The notes under the pieces are model-generated. The model was not told the origin of the DNA and ran no database searches. It worked only from the letters and a program-made list of their open reading frames with translations. A stretch of 64,000 nt of DNA, from the NCBI GenBank assembly GCA_002633005.1, contig NMRA01000284.1, forward strand, positions 392,978 through 456,977, read 5' to 3'. The DNA comes from Phoronis australis. Taxonomy: Eukaryota > Animalia > Phoronida. Numbering within the stretch: the first letter of the stretch is position 1; each line of letters opens with the position of its first letter. Shown here piece after piece: positions 1 through 15,500 of the stretch. The translations under genes and the position numbers were made by a program.

Positions 1-326
1 AGTTCAGACCAAAATAAAAAGCACAAATGTAGTGAAGAGATCACTAGCATTTTCTTTTTAATGCCGTTGATCAAGAAATTATTAGACAAGTCTGAGCTGA
101 AGAAGAGATTCCCTGGCTCAGCCTGATACAGCTTGAGGTTGATCAACTGTTTCGCCTGTGTGTTGAAGTATAAGAGTAAATTTGAACAAGCCACAAAACA
201 GCCAAGATTTCTTTTTGGTCATAAAAGAGTGGATGAGCGAATTGCAATATTCAAAACCAATGGCAACTGAAGTCATACCAAAGATGAACTAAAATGCACT
301 CTTAACAAGCCCATCACCATGGTTAC

Positions 327-540
327 CTGAACTTCTCCTTGAACTCCTGAGCTTCCTGTTCCCTCGTCTCTTTCTCTGACCTCGTCTTGGCCAGCACCCG
401 CTGGAGCTCGCTCAGCTGCTCCACCGTCTGGCGCAACTCCGTCTGAACTTTCTTCATCTCTGTCTCGGTGTTGTCCAGTAGACCAGCCTTCTGATGCACC
501 TCCTGCTGGTACCTGCGCACTCGGGCTTCGAGGTCTGAGA
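327..540 (-). CDS. CCDC18: CCDC18-like coding exon 18
   Basis: ttccag|SDLEARVRRYQQE...EFKEKF(R)|gtaacc, 214 nt. Confidence 0.85.
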
Positions 541-3500
541 CTGGAACAAGAGATTTAATTAGCAAACAGCATACACCATGGGAGAGGAGAAATCAATGCT
601 TCCAAGGTAGGTGAAAGTAACACGAAAATCTTTGAATGTAATAGCCATTTTCCGCTAAAGCGACGACATGATGAAATACATCTTGTCGCTAGATGACGAT
701 GGTGGACGTTGTTCTACATTCCCATATGGATTCAACAGTCGGACATTTGCCAGCATTTTTAGAAATTTTTTGCAATCGTCATGTCCTCAAACTGCCACTA
801 TTCTGGGGTGGGCTATTCATATGATTCATGCTAAAATATTAAACATCTGAAACTGAACTCTGTGAATAGAAGAAATTGTGGTCTATCTTGGTCAGCTCAG
901 CCAGTCATGAACACCACATTTAGGAACTGAACTAAATGAAAAACGGTTTTGTGGTCCCACAACCCTGAATAGTTGTATGGAGAATGTAAGCTATTAGTAA
1001 GATTACTTGACTTGAGACTTGTAAGTGGCTTTGGCAGTCATTCAGACAGCAAATTCAGTTTTTAATGCTGCAACTGACCAGCTAACATTTTATATGTAAA
1101 TCAAGTACAATGTATAAATGCGTTGTGAAGAGGGTTGTCAGATATCCTATAAAACTTTGTAAAGATTGTTGACAATTAAAATTTGCCTAAAGAGACTCCC
1201 AATTTAATTGAGCAAGAATATATCAATCTCCAGTCACACCCAGTTCACCAGCTGTTAGGCTATACTGCCAACTATGGCAATACACAAGGAATTCACATTA
1301 TTTTTATGTATTACAGCTAATCACGCATTTATACATTTCTCAGCCCTCCCACAAAGTCTAACACACACCTCCACTCTCACACTTACCTAACTCTGCCTTC
1401 TCATCCAGTTTGACTAGTGTCTCGCGTAGACTCATTTCCTGCTTGGCAAGTTTGGCTGAAAACCCGTCGCACTTTTTATTGGCATCGTGAACTTCCTGCT
1501 CCAGTTCTGAGATCTCATTTGACAGTTCTTTCTTCTCATCTTGGGTGCGCCTGTGGTGATATAAGAAGTGATATCGTATCAAGTCAGCAATTAAATAAGA
1601 ATTCAAAAACAGCTTCTGTCTTGGCAGCATACTAATGAGTAATTGACAGAAATATTTGAATACCAGTGAACATCATTTTTGATCAAAAATCCCGTCAGCA
1701 AAATGCAAGATGGAAAACTAAAGGACAACAAATTAATCACCACTTGAGAGGGAGGGGGGTACTCACCTGAGTGTATCACTCGTTTCCCGTAATTGCTGCG
1801 CCCGTTGCTCCAAGTCCACACACGCCTGCTGCAACTTCTTCTCCATACTCTCCACCTCCTGCGTACTTGCTGCTCTCTCATTGGCCAGCTGCTGCTCTAG
1901 CCTCGACACCATAAGCTCCAGCTCCCCCTCATGATCCTCGAGACTAGCGATCCTGTTGGTGCTGCCCGTCAACATTTTCTGCCTCTCTTCGATCATCCTC
2001 TCCAGCTCTTCACACCGCGACGACTTCTCCGACGTCGTGCTTTTGAGGTATTTGATCTGTTTTTCTAATTTCTTCACCTGCAACCAGTAAGTCGTTAAAC
2101 ATCAGTTGGTAGACTTTGGTACTATTCGTTACATCCCAGGAAGTCAAATTCACTAAAGGACCCATTATCACCATTTTCACTAAAATGTATAACACATATG
2201 CTTTAGGGAGGAAGATGACAGAAGCCTGCTGCTAGCCCAAACGTGATTTTGATGTCATAAAATTGACAACGTGCTCACAAACTTAATTACTGCTTCACTT
2301 TCTGCTTTCTCACATTGAAGATATGCGGAGACTAGAAAACAATAGTTTTGTTTCATCACATCATAACCAATCAACATGCAGCATTGAAGTTTTAAATATT
2401 AATTTTAACATTATCGTTTTGACGTCCAAAAAACACATTCTTGGAATTATTTTTGGACAGGACACACTTTTTGGATTCATTAGCTTGGACCAGAGCTAAA
2501 AATAATAAAATCCAGTTTATTTTCATGATGTTATTACAAATCACCAATTCTCGCTGTAGTCAGCTGGACATAAGTTGAAATCAAGGCCAGTATCAGCAAA
2601 GCAGTTAACTATGACCACCAAAGTGCCAGCTTCGATCCTGTATTGGGTCTGATGTCAATGATTTTTTCACCAATAATGTCACTTTAACAAACATTTTACC
2701 TGACTAAGAATAGTCTAAAAATATGCAAACTTTTTAGGGGTCATGAAAAGTTTATATTTGGTGATACTGTGAAATGTCTCTAGTGACTCCATGTCAAGAG
2801 GTCAAGCCCAACATGACCCTATGTCAAAACGTCATCCTCACCTCAGCCTCGTGCCTCTCCCTCATCTCCTCCATCTGGTCGAGAGCCGACTGTATCTCGT
2901 CCCGACACGTGCCCAGCGCCGTCTCCAGCTGCCGCACCTGGGTCCTGCCCTCTGTTGTTGACATCTCCAGTGACTTCAGCGCCTCCTCATTTTGACGAGT
3001 CTTTTCTTTTAATTCCTGAAACGAAGATGTCAAAAATTGACACACGAGCTAAAACAGGNTTCTAATTTCTTCACCTGCAACCAGTAAATCGTTAAACATC
3101 AGTTGGTAGACTTTGGTACTATTCGTTACATTCCAGGAAGTCAAATCCACTAAAGGATCCATTATCACCACTTTCACTACAATGTATAACACATATGCTT
3201 TAGGAAGGAAGATGGCAGAAGCCTGCTGCTAGCCCAAACGTGATTTTGATGTCATAAAAATGACAATGTGCTCACAAACTTATACTGCTTCACTTTCTGC
3301 TTTCTCACATTGAACATATGCGGAGACTTGCTAGAAAACAATAGTTTTGTTTCATCACATCATAAACGATCAACATGCAGCATTGAAGTTTTAAATATTA
3401 ATTTCAACATTATCGTTTTGACGACCAAAAAACACATTCTTGGGATTATTTTTGGACAGGACACACTTTTTGGATTCATTAGTTTGGACCAGAGCTAAAA

Positions 3501-6500
3501 ATACTAAAATCCGGTTTATTTTTGTGATGTTATTACAAATCACCAATTCTCACTGTAGTCAGTTGCACACAAGTTGAAATCAAGGCCATTATCAACAAAG
3601 CAGTTAACTATGACCACCAAAGTGCCAGCTCCGATCCTGTATTGGGTCTGATGTCAATGATTTTTTTACCAATAATGTCACTTTAACAAACATTGTACCT
3701 GACTAAGAATAGTCAAAAAATATGATAACTTTTTGGGGGTGATGAAAAGTTTATATTTGGTGATACTGTGAAATGTCTCTAGTGACTCCATGTCAAGAGG
3801 TCAAGCCCAACATGACCCTATGTCAAAAGGTCATCCTCACCTCAGCCTCGTGCCTCTCCCTCATCTCCTCCATCTGGTCGAGAGCCGACTGTATCTCGTC
3901 CCGACACGTGCCCAGCGCCGTCTCCAGCTGCCGCACCTGGGTCCTGCCCTCTGTTGTTGACATCTCCAGTGACTTCAGCGCCTCCTCATTTTGACGAGTC
4001 TTTTCTTTTAATTCCTGAAATGAAGATGTCAAAAATTGACACACGAGCTAAAACAGGGAAACGAATTATTAATAATAATTAATCTACAATAATAACAATG
4101 ACAATGATAATAACAACAATAATAATAATATTAGTAATAATATCAACACAATTATCATAACCAAAATAATACTAAATACTAAGTTCAGTAACAATCTTGT
4201 TCTAGATCATCCACTCGACACTTCATTACGTTGAATTTCAACTTACACATGCAAAATTCCTCCGTTGCGCTTTACCATCATATATCATTCTAGTAAGTCA
4301 GCTATTACCTGCAACACAGCCCCACTCACCCTACTAGTGGCCTGTAAAGCCTGCTCAGAACTCTCCAGTGTGGATGACTGCACCTCTAGCTGTCTCATAG
4401 TATCTGTCAATTTCCTCTTGAGGTCCTCCAGTTGAGAGTCCTTGTCTTCACATTTCTCTTGCAGCTGTTGAAAGTGACTCATGATTATTCAAGGATTATC
4501 TACGAACTAACTCTTCCTTTACACTGAAGACTTGAATCGATTTATATGTCAGGAGTACATATCAATATAGAAAGCACGTGTAAACAAATGCAAGCAGTTT
4601 AGTGTAGACAGGGAGATGAAAAAACTAGAAGCCAATCGGAATAAATTAATTCCGATAATCCATGCAGACGGTTATAAGAGTTATACAACAGCACACAATG
4701 AACATTATGTTACTTGACATGACAAGAGCAATTCACCTACATTGAATAATGAGTAATGAGTACATTTACAAGTGGTTGACTCTCCAAACAAACAAAATTA
4801 AATGCATCCCCAATCACAATAATGTGATAAAGATCATTTCTACTACTGTGATGACAGTCAATATCACCTCCACTCACAATGCCATAATTAATATCACTTC
4901 CACTAGCACAATGCCATAATTAATATCACTTCCACTAGCACGGTCACCATTAATATCATCCCCACTCACAATACAACAAATTATATCCTTTACAGCAGAA
5001 TAATCATCATCCCTACTATCATTTCCACCAACAGGACTTTAATTAATATCACCCCCAATAACGTTTCCACCAACAAGATCACACGCAATATCACCCCAAT
5101 ACCATTTCCACCAACAAGATAACAATCAATATCACCCTTAATATCATTTCCATCTACAAGATAACACTCAATACCACCCCCTACTCACAATATCAATCTG
5201 TTGCTCAAACTGCCTGCATTGCTCTGAGTGTATCTTCCTCATATTCTTCACCGCTGTCTTCGACTCATCTTCCTGCTGCCGCAACTCATCCCGCACCTGT
5301 TGCAACTGGCTATTCTTATTGGTCAGTTCCTCCTCCATGTCAGTCGTGCGCCGAGCGTAGCTGGAGAAGTCTGAGACTTTCTCGTCGAGTTGTTGCTCAA
5401 GGGTGGAGATCTGTTGCGACTTTTTCCTCAGCTACAAACATTTAATTTAAATTTCTTACGTTTAACTTTCTGTATGATGCTTGATTCATTTACAGCACCT
5501 GAAGTGTAATTTTTGTGTAATGAACATCCCTTTAAACGAAGGATTGATTTGACCCAATGCACAACTGTCAAAAGAATTCTCAATATCTTCCAAAGTGAAG
5601 TTATGGCTTAAAACTGATATCAACAACTATGCTTTTAGTGTTCTTGAAATGAAGCAGCTGGAGTGACCGTCATGTCCCTGTGATCCACTTTATGCTAATA
5701 GTCACTTACACGGGTCCCAAGAACCAGTTTTCTTCACTAAATAACAGGCACCAAACTGGTTCTCAAAATTTGGGACCCCTGTAAGTGACCGTTGCCTACT
5801 TTACAGAGCAAACACAACGAGGAATTTCACTCCATTGTAAGCTCCTCGAGCTATTCAAGGTGATCACTTTGTGAAATAGAATGCAGAGACTAGAGAGTTC
5901 ATATACAGGACAACTACATCACTTCACCAATATAGTATGCATGGCACAAATAACACACTTGAAGACAAAGCTGTGTATTTGACATCACAACCTACTAGTA
6001 GAGCCTTAAAAGCCAAATGAATGTAACTAGCAGCCGACAAACGGCCTCGATTTCAACAAATGACTGGAAGCCAACAAAATCATGGCCCTAAAGGCAATTG
6101 TGTCCCTTGAACAGCAGTTATTGTTGAAATATGTCTAAGATAATGAGTAATAGCCACTTACAAGTGTCCTGCATTTTGAGAACCAGTTTTCTTCACTGAA
6201 TAATAGGCATCAAACTGGTTCTCAAAATCTGGGCCAACACTGAGTGACTATTGCCGATTAATTTATTTGCAAAAGTAACACCTGCCCTCAAGATATGAAC
6301 AGTAGAAGTTATTACAGTAAAGACCATAGAGCATAGTTCCCAATAAAGCATGTTTAAAGGAAAACTTGCAATTGAAATTCTTTAAAGGTAACACCAAAAA
6401 CACAGGCACAGTAATATTCCAAAAGTATGGTGAAATTTCAAACCCAATATTTTTATGGCTGTTCCAGTAAAATCTGTATGGGAGGGGGGGAAGGCACCTT

Positions 6501-9500
6501 TTTTTCGCACCCACCACCCAAATTTTTCATTTATTTCTTCAGCCTACCACCCGTAATTTTTGTTTGAAATGCAACCACCCGTATTTTTTTTTGTTCTTGT
6601 GGTTGACTGCACAGGTGCTTGAGTTTATCAGTTCCTCCATCACCACTAACGTCATTCATTACTAAGAAAACATATGTTTCTTATATATTGTTACTAGCCA
6701 TCGAGAAATTCGAGCACCTGTGGTTAAATGGTGTTATGGGCATGCCGATGAGGAGATCGGAGGGAGTGAAAAAGTCGGAGCTTTTTGCAAGTTGCATTTT
6801 TGTTTCAGTTTTTGATTCTGTGCGGATTGTTCATAAAATTTACTAAAATTACCCACCATCAAACATTTATGGCCCAATGAAACAACAACGACCTGTAAAT
6901 TTTTATTTTTTTGAAGTACGACCACCAGCCATTTTGAATTTAAATCAAACGCAACCACCCACAAATTTTTATTTCAGTTGCCTTCCCCCCCTCCCACACA
7001 GATTTTGCTGGAACAGCCCTTAGTGATTTGGAGCCACTTACCATAAATTTCCTGGCAAGTTTTTGCCATAACATTAATTGATGAAGCCAGACAATGTCCG
7101 TTAAAATTTGTCAAGCCCTTCTTTTCGAAAACTACTGTATACTATTCAAAAACTAAATCATCCCAGCACCCACCTCTCTCTCCATATTGGTCACCTGACC
7201 ACATTTCTCGCCCATCTCCGTCTCCATCTGATCCAGCTGACTGCTCCGTTGGTTCAGCCTCAGTTCCAGGGAAGAGCACCGAGCCTCCCTCTCACATAGC
7301 TTCTCCTCCAGCTCAAAGATCTGTATAGCGTGCTTGGACCGTTCGTCCTCTAGCCTTGAGATGATCTGTTCCAACTCCTGAGATTTACGATCGCCTGAAA
7401 CGGAGACAACAGAAACGTGTTGAAGAGGAATAAATAGGATGCAAAGTTGAGGGAAGTATGACATCAAACACAGCTGTATAGTGTAAAACTAGGGGTCACT
7501 ATGTACAGCAACGTCTGAGCCATTGACTTTTGAAAAACAAACATATCTAAATACAAACACATAGCGTGACTAGCAGAGGAAATGATTCAACAAACTAAAG
7601 CAAACGTCAGCGTTCTCAGCTTTCAAGCATCAACTGCAATCTACTTCCTCCAGTCAAAAACGCAATTTCCATTACTTGTGAAATCATTTCAGGGTTGGAG
7701 TGAGAAGTTCTTACAAAGACGCTGCACAGTGTGAAAATCTAATTTTGTTCGCTCAACATGAAACACAAAAGACAGACAGTCTCTCGTAGTAATTCACAGA
7801 CAGCATGGGCATTCTCATTAGTAACAAACTACTTCCATGGACAAAATTCCTTTCTTATGAGAGGCATTTCCCTTCTTCTGCATCTCACTTTTATTCTTAC
7901 AAATGCAATTCTTTTCTCATGGACCATATTTTTTGATGAACATCGTTCTTTTCTACAAAGCAGTTGTTCACGCAAAAATTATGGTTAGTGAGAATGCCCA
8001 ATGCAGTGTGTTTGGGAAGAATATTGTGTAGCCCGACATGGCTTCAGTGCACAGTTCTACTGACCTACTCTGGCCCTCTCTACCACTTGCAGTAGCTCCC
8101 CCCTCAGGGTGTCCATGGTACTATTATTGTTGGAGGAGGAGAGCGAGCGTGCTTGTTGACTGGCCTGATACTTTTGAACCTCCGCGTCCTTGAGAGCTAG
8201 TTTTAACCTGCAGAGACATTAACAATTACAAACCCATCCCAATGAGGCATGAAGACATAATTAACACAATTAAATATTTGAATATTAAAAAGGTATTTTA
8301 TCTTGTCATTGACAATTTTACCAGATAATCAGTGACAAACGAAGCATGAATCAAAATCTACATGTTCCTGATACAAAATGTCACAAAGCCACATACACAT
8401 GCATGCATAACCCAAGGACACGCTATACAAGGTGTCTGGCAGGAAATTTAAACTAACACCAAGAATTACCCATTATTCTGTCTATAATTTATTATTTTCT
8501 CCTTAATTCAACATACCCATCATATTCGCCCAAGCACATTCAATAGCAGCCATAAGGTCATGATCTTATTAACAAAACTGCGTTTCACACTCTCTATATC
8601 ACATGCTAATGCTACACTAGAAATATGCTAAGCCTTACCAACCACACCCCAGGGATCCCTCATGTGACATAAGGCTTAATTCAAAAAGTTTGTCTAATAC
8701 TCCACACAGCTAATTTTGAAAAATTTTTTGCCTCAGCTCAGCAAAAATACATACCAGTCGCTAAAATACTATCATAACTTCTAAATGCTCGGGACATTTT
8801 CATGAATTCTTTCTGAACACAGATTTAATAACAGTTACGTGGCAAAAACTAATCAATAAGTGTTAAGTGTGAGCATCAATCAAACTTAAGTCTTAAGTGG
8901 CTTTTCAGTGTAACTGATTCATTCGTAGCCAGCCAACCTGAGATCTGCAATAAGAGATTTGGCCCTGCTGGATGACAGACTGGTGTCCACTTCATCATCA
9001 AACACTGAGTCACTGTTCTCCTGGTGCGGGGACCGTGTCTTGGCCGTGCTGAATCCACTGTCACTGGTGGCACTGCCCACACTACCCTGGGAGGTGCAAC
9101 AGATTTTGGGTAAATATTTCAATTTTGCAATAAACTAATATTTTACTAGAATACAGAAAACACTTATTGTCTCATTCTACTCGATATTCATACGCCAATG
9201 ATGTTGAATGTCCTAACACAAACTACAAAATATCTTTTTGCACAGACTTTCACAACCTTTAGTGATCGAAAAAACAACTCCCTTGGCTGTATTTAATACA
9301 TGACATGAAGGACAAAACAAAGGTCAACTCTGCAAAACTGGGTGACATTCATTTGACCTTCAACTTTTGACCTACATTAAAATAAAATGAGTTTGTGACC
9401 TTCATCCTTTGTTCATCTTACATTTAATTTATTCAACCATTAATCTTAAATGCACTACGACTGCCTATGACCTCCCGTCTGACCTACTTACATTAGGCGT

Positions 9501-12500
9501 GGTCGTGACCTTCAGTGCCAGCCTCTCGACCCTGTCTCGCGTGTCCTCAATTTCTCGTTGACAAGCAGACAAGCGTTCTTGCTGAGTATCAATCTGAAGC
9601 CGCAGCTCTTCATTCTCATCTTTTATCGTCTCTGACGAGCGCAGTTCAGCTTCCAGTTTACCTGCACAGTAAAAGCAGAAGAATATCCCACATTAGTTGG
9701 TCAGCTATTCGTAAATTCATTTTTCACCTATCCCTGAATCTGTCTGTCAGCTATTCATGAATTTGTTGGACACCTATTCATGAATTTGTTGGACACCTAT
9801 TCATGAATGCGTTGTCACCTATACATGAATTGGTTCATAATTTGTGAATTCATTCGGCACCTATTCATGAATTCATTTGTTACCGTTCATGAATTTGTTT
9901 GTTACATAATTATTCATGAATTTGTTACCTTTCCAAAAATCCGGCTGTCATCTGTTTTGTGACTTTGTTAGTCATCTAATTGTGAATTCGTTTGCCAAAT
10001 ATTCATTAATTATCTGTGTGTTGAAATACAAACAAAAGTTTACATAACTGTTTCTCTCAGTTCTCAAAAGTTTGTAATAACATTTTCAAGTAAATGAGAA
10101 CTCAAAGAATTAAAAATAAGCAAAAAGACTGAACACAGCTCTCTAAAACAGGAAACATGAAATACTCTTCTTCAGTGTCGTGGACTAGCAAGAAGCTTCA
10201 ATGCAAGAATGGACTATCTATGAATTAAATTCTGATAACAAAACAACTGCTCAATTTTCCAGAACACAAAAATGACAATCTAACACATCAGTTTCCCTCT
10301 CACCAATTTTCTGAGTCTGTCGAGCCAGTTTTGCTCGCAGGTCCATATTCTCCTGCTCAAGGTCACCGTGACCTTCACGAGATTCGATGTCGTACTCCTG
10401 CAACCGTCTGAAATGAAATGGGACAAATCTCAAGAACTACAAGGACACCATCCAACAAAGAATCAAATTACTGACACATGTCAGTAAAGCCCATTAGAAA
10501 CAAGACGATGGCAACATTTTTCAAACTTCAAAGGAAATTTACCAACTGTTCGTCAGGTCCGTAGCCAGTTAGAAATGGAAATTCAAAAGATGCATTTCTT
10601 GCTGTAAGAATTCTGCAGTCAAGTCTTCTACTTATCCATTCCTTTGGAAATTCACAGCTTTGCACCCCTTTGCATGAATATGTTCGTTCAATTTCTGGCT
10701 ACAATACCCAACTTGATTTCCTCTACCACGACTCCACACTACATCTGTCCCTGCTGGATGACACCAGTACCTACCTGATGGCATCAGCCCCTGCCTTATG
10801 ACAACAGCCTCTACCTGATGATAACAGCCTCTACCTGACAACATCAGCCGTTACCTGATGACACCAACGCCTACATGACACCAGCCCCTCCCGACAACAC
10901 CAGCCCCTACCTGACGACACTTACCCCTACCTGACAACACCCTAACCCGATGATATGTGCCCCTACCTAATTTCTTCCTGCAGTTCTTCCACTTCAGCCT
11001 GAAGTAATGTGTTCTGTTCCACCAACTCCTCTCGGTCTCGATTAGCAAGGTCAAGGCTGTCCCGCAGGAAGTCTTCGTTGTTTTGAGACTGAAATGAGAC
11101 CAAAGTTGCTATACCTTTTCATTTCCAAGCCACTTAGGGAAAAACCACGATTACTAGTCACATTAAAGTTGACCTTTGAAGCATCTGGATACCAAAGTTG
11201 AACAGGAGTGCACCGTCATTTTATGTGTAATCATACAACGTTAAGAGGGCTAACACCCTTGTTGTAATAATCACTGAATAGTCAATTAACAAGTGGCATA
11301 ACAGATCAGCAGTTCATATTATGAGGTTTTGCCCAGTTGATTGCTTTCTTGTGTTCAAATATTACCCAGTCCATCACAACGTGAAAACGAGACACACACT
11401 CATGTGTCTTGAAAATGTGACACACAGTTCTATGCAATGTGAAAATGTGACAAACAGTTCTATGCAATGTGAAAATGTGACAAACAGTTCTATGCAATAT
11501 GAAAATGTGACAAACAGTTCTATGCAATGTAAAAATGTGACAAACAGTTCTATGCAATGTGAAAATGTGACAAACAGTTCTATGCAATGTGAAAATGTGA
11601 CAAACAGTTCTATGCAATGTAAAATGTGACACAGTTCTATGCAACGTGAAAATTAGACAATCTGCAACATATGATGTTACGGTTCTTGAATTTCAAAGCG
11701 TTTTTGACATTAAAATCTCAGTCACCTTTTTAATGTTGTCTCGTGCCTTTCTCTGATATTCTTCTAAGCTCGTCTGTAGATCTTCCACACTCTGTAAGGC
11801 ACTAGCACTCTGATCTTCAGCTCTGTAACATCAGAAAGATATTGAATAATTAACCAAGTAACATGTGGTAAGTTTCCTCAGATTCGAACAAAAATAATGA
11901 CGAAAAGTGCCATTTTTTCCAATGTTTACTGTATTGCCAAAAATGATAAATATTTCACTTGCAGCCTGGGCTAATGCTTTGATGACGTGATTTCAGATTA
12001 GGCATGATAAACGTCGTCGGTAACTTCATCAGTATCAATTCCACCTTTAGCAATGCTCTTTACCAGCTGCGAAATGCACAATTGTAAACGAAAACCAAAA
12101 AGGGCATGGCATGCTTCGAAAAAATGCTCGGCTACTTCAAATCAGATCTCATGGATGAAAGAAATATTTAAAGGTATGAATCCCTCACCCCAAACGGATT
12201 GTTTCCAGCAATTCTCTGCATTAAAATAGCCAATAGAACAGATCCATCAAAATGTCCACATGACATGAACACTTAGATGAGTCTTACATCCCAGAGTATC
12301 AATGAAGATTCTATTCCCGCCCTTCGCACCTTTTTCTCTGTTTTCTCTCACGCTCCAGCTGCTGAAGCGTGTCGTCCAACTGAGACCGTATGTCAGTGAC
12401 CTCTGACCTGGCCTCTCTTAGTTCCGCCTGTACTTCGCGGATCTTTTGATCCTTGATGTCGCCATGGCGATAACACTCGTCACATCGCTGCTCCGCATCT

Positions 12501-15500
12501 CTGAAAATGGATAAAAATCAAGATGCACCCTGATGTATAAACATTCATGATTCAGCTGACTACTTGATTGTTTCTCTATAAAAACCATCCTAGCCACTGA
12601 AAATTCTGTTCGAAATACTGATATTTGGCAACTTGATGTCAAAATGAGGTACATGAATTGCCAGGAACGAAGTAAGCAATTTCAGAGAAACAAAGTTTGA
12701 GGATGACAAGACCAATTACGATGCTGGTTTGTGTGGAGATGGTCGCAATAAGCACCCACACGTGTTTGTGTGTGAGTGTGTGCGTGCGTGTTGGTGAGTG
12801 TAAATAACAAATAGTTACATACATATGAGTGTGCAGGGACCAAAACTTACAGCGCCAGACGTAGGTCTTATGGTAAAATCTCACCAGTTAAGGATACAAC
12901 ATCGCAGACAAATGAAATTTTATTTTCTAATTATTTCATCAAGGGAAAGTAGATCAAAATGCACTTTTAATCATTTCGAAGTTCTATACCACACTTACTA
13001 TCAGATAATGTTTTTGAGAAATTGCGACATTCACAACAATCTTAGAAGCCCCTGAAAAATGAGAAAAAACTTATTTTGGTAAATATTTTTGTTCAAAATT
13101 TCACTGTACCTTAAAGCTTTCTCTTGCGCTTGATTCTCTGCCTTTAGTCCGACAACTTCTTCACGAACGTCTGTAATTTCTTCTTCTTTCACAAGCAATT
13201 CCTCTGTCAACCTTTGAACCTGAAGAAGAGTGTTTGATAATGCTGAAACATCCACTCACAAACTTGACTGTCAATAAATATAGCAACAGTCGTAATTTCA
13301 GAAACTATCATTATCCAAAATAATTCTTATAGCGTGTGATCTTTACACACATTGGAAACATTAGGACTAACATGCTTTTAAATGTTACTTTGAAAGTCAC
13401 AGGCATTGTCTTTACTGCAGAATCATTCACTCAGCAGTAGGCTAGGCCAATGACATCACAGACTAGTTACAGTCTACATACACTCACTAACAGATAATCT
13501 CCATATGATGTCATACACAGAGTACTGTCCTTACTAAACAAGCAGGTCCTCAATTAGACAAATAAATGACACCATCAAGTCAGTTATTGATGCTTAAGCA
13601 CACATTTATAATCCTTTGATGAAGTCACAGACAATGAGGAGCCTTCACTGGATTTAGCATTTACTCAAAAGCTAAGCCAGTGACATCATCAGATAAGCAA
13701 GAGTAGGCAGAAGACACAGATAATCTTCTGAAGTCAACACTGGCTGGTAATATAACCTTTCTTTTCTCCAGCGATTTACTAACAACTATAGTACTGTACA
13801 ATATAATTAAAAATTTACCTAGCTGGGATCAATTCTGGATAAGTGTGTTTTGACACAGACTGTTTTTATTTGATAATACCTGTACATATGTACCGGTAAT
13901 ATGACTAGATTGTGAATTTGCAGGTGGTGTACTTTTCCAAGGTACTTAAGCCCAGCATAGATGGAGAGCTAGATGCTCAGCTGACTGCTTCGATAAAAGA
14001 AAAAAATTGGTAATTTCCCATGTGGTCTTTAAGCCGAGGAAGGGCTTTAACCCTACTACTGGTATACAAACAACTGTTAAACCAAGAGTTTAGCTTACTT
14101 AATGTAAGGACGCACGGCAGATCATTAAATGGTGATTCACTTGTAATTAAATCAGTTTAAAAACTTTTATGTAAAAAGAACATTGCCAATAATCAGAGAA
14201 TAGCTACACCAACACTGGATTTAAGGACTGTTCATAATTCCATTTTAACTAAATGAAGCAATAACACCAATAATCTTCATACCAAAAGCAAAATTTAATA
14301 TCAGGTTTTCAATTTGAGTGTCCTTGTTAAACACATTGCACCCATATGTTATGACCCTCATAAAGAAATGACCACTGAGCAAGCACACAGCTGGAACTTC
14401 TGTCTTGCACCTGCAAGTTTGCGACCACACTACAACTTGTGTGCTGTACGAGTTACCCAAGAGCAAGTTACCATACCTGGATAAGGTTGGCTAAGTTGCC
14501 ATGACACTCTCAAAGTGACCTAGTGCCAACTGTGTCCACACACTCCACCTAAACCTTTAAGGACAACTCGTTCTAAGAAACTCTAAATTCTCACCACTTT
14601 AGGACACAATATTGTAGAAAGGTGAAATCTTTGTTTTCTTGTTTTTTCACAAATGTTGTACAGTGCCAAAATAACTCAAGTTCCGTACCACAGCTAACAA
14701 CAAACAATACTTTGATAATTTTTGGACATTCACAACATTGTTAGCAGCCCTTGAGAAAAGAAAAAAAATTTTTGGTAATTGTTTTTGTCCGAAATTGGCG
14801 AGGTTTTCCGTAACTGTCCTAGGGCAACTTGTAGTGTTGAAGGCACTTGAGATGAAAAGACTTTCAATGCCTCAATTATTTGACAAATCCACTTCTGCTA
14901 CAGGAGACATCTTAGTGACTCTTGACAATACCCACAATCCCTGTGCATCAAGGAGGAATTCATTAGCGGTAACGAAAACATTACAGCAACATGCAGGTGT
15001 CTCTTAAATTAAATTACTATGGTATAAAACAAGTTAATTACTCTGAATCGCGTAACGAAAACATCGCGGTAATGGGCAGATGACAATCATCAAAACCATA
15101 GTGTATTAAAAGTGAGTTAATTAACGACATTCTTGCTATGAAACTATTAGGAAACACATAGTAAAAATAGGATAAAATGGGTGGGTTGACTGGAATTGGA
15201 AATGTCATTTCCTTAAGTTGAATATGTTAAGAGTAATCTTTCCGAGAACCTGAATTGGAAAATTAGGAATAATCGTAACACTGCTGTTGATGGTAGGGTA
15301 AATCCACTCTTCTTTACCACACAATATGGCGCAATGTGGTGACATTTACTTCACTGTTGTCAAAACAGCACTTGATAATATTTCAATTATAGGATACAAT
15401 AAACAAGACTATAAAAGTTAGAAAATGACATTTCAGCGATTCTTTTGTCCAAAACGAGCAAAGAATGTGGGTGTTGTATGCTGTGATCAGACAACAAGAG

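Larger units (their letters stand above)
2063..4057. repeat. ~1 kb direct duplication across the single N at 3059 (haplotype overlap)
   Basis: 2063-3058 vs 3060-4057 are near-identical with scattered SNPs/indels. Confidence 0.85.

Noticed and set aside
2842-4014. Genuine tandem exon duplication or mutually exclusive exons
   Set aside because: The duplication breakpoint is a single N and cuts through the neighbouring exon, and the same pattern recurs at three other gaps.
11306-11644. Repetitive ORFs (HRTVCHIFTL / ENVTNSSMQC) or a CRISPR-like array
   Set aside because: A plain 30-bp minisatellite without unique spacers; open frames arise because the unit length is divisible by 3.
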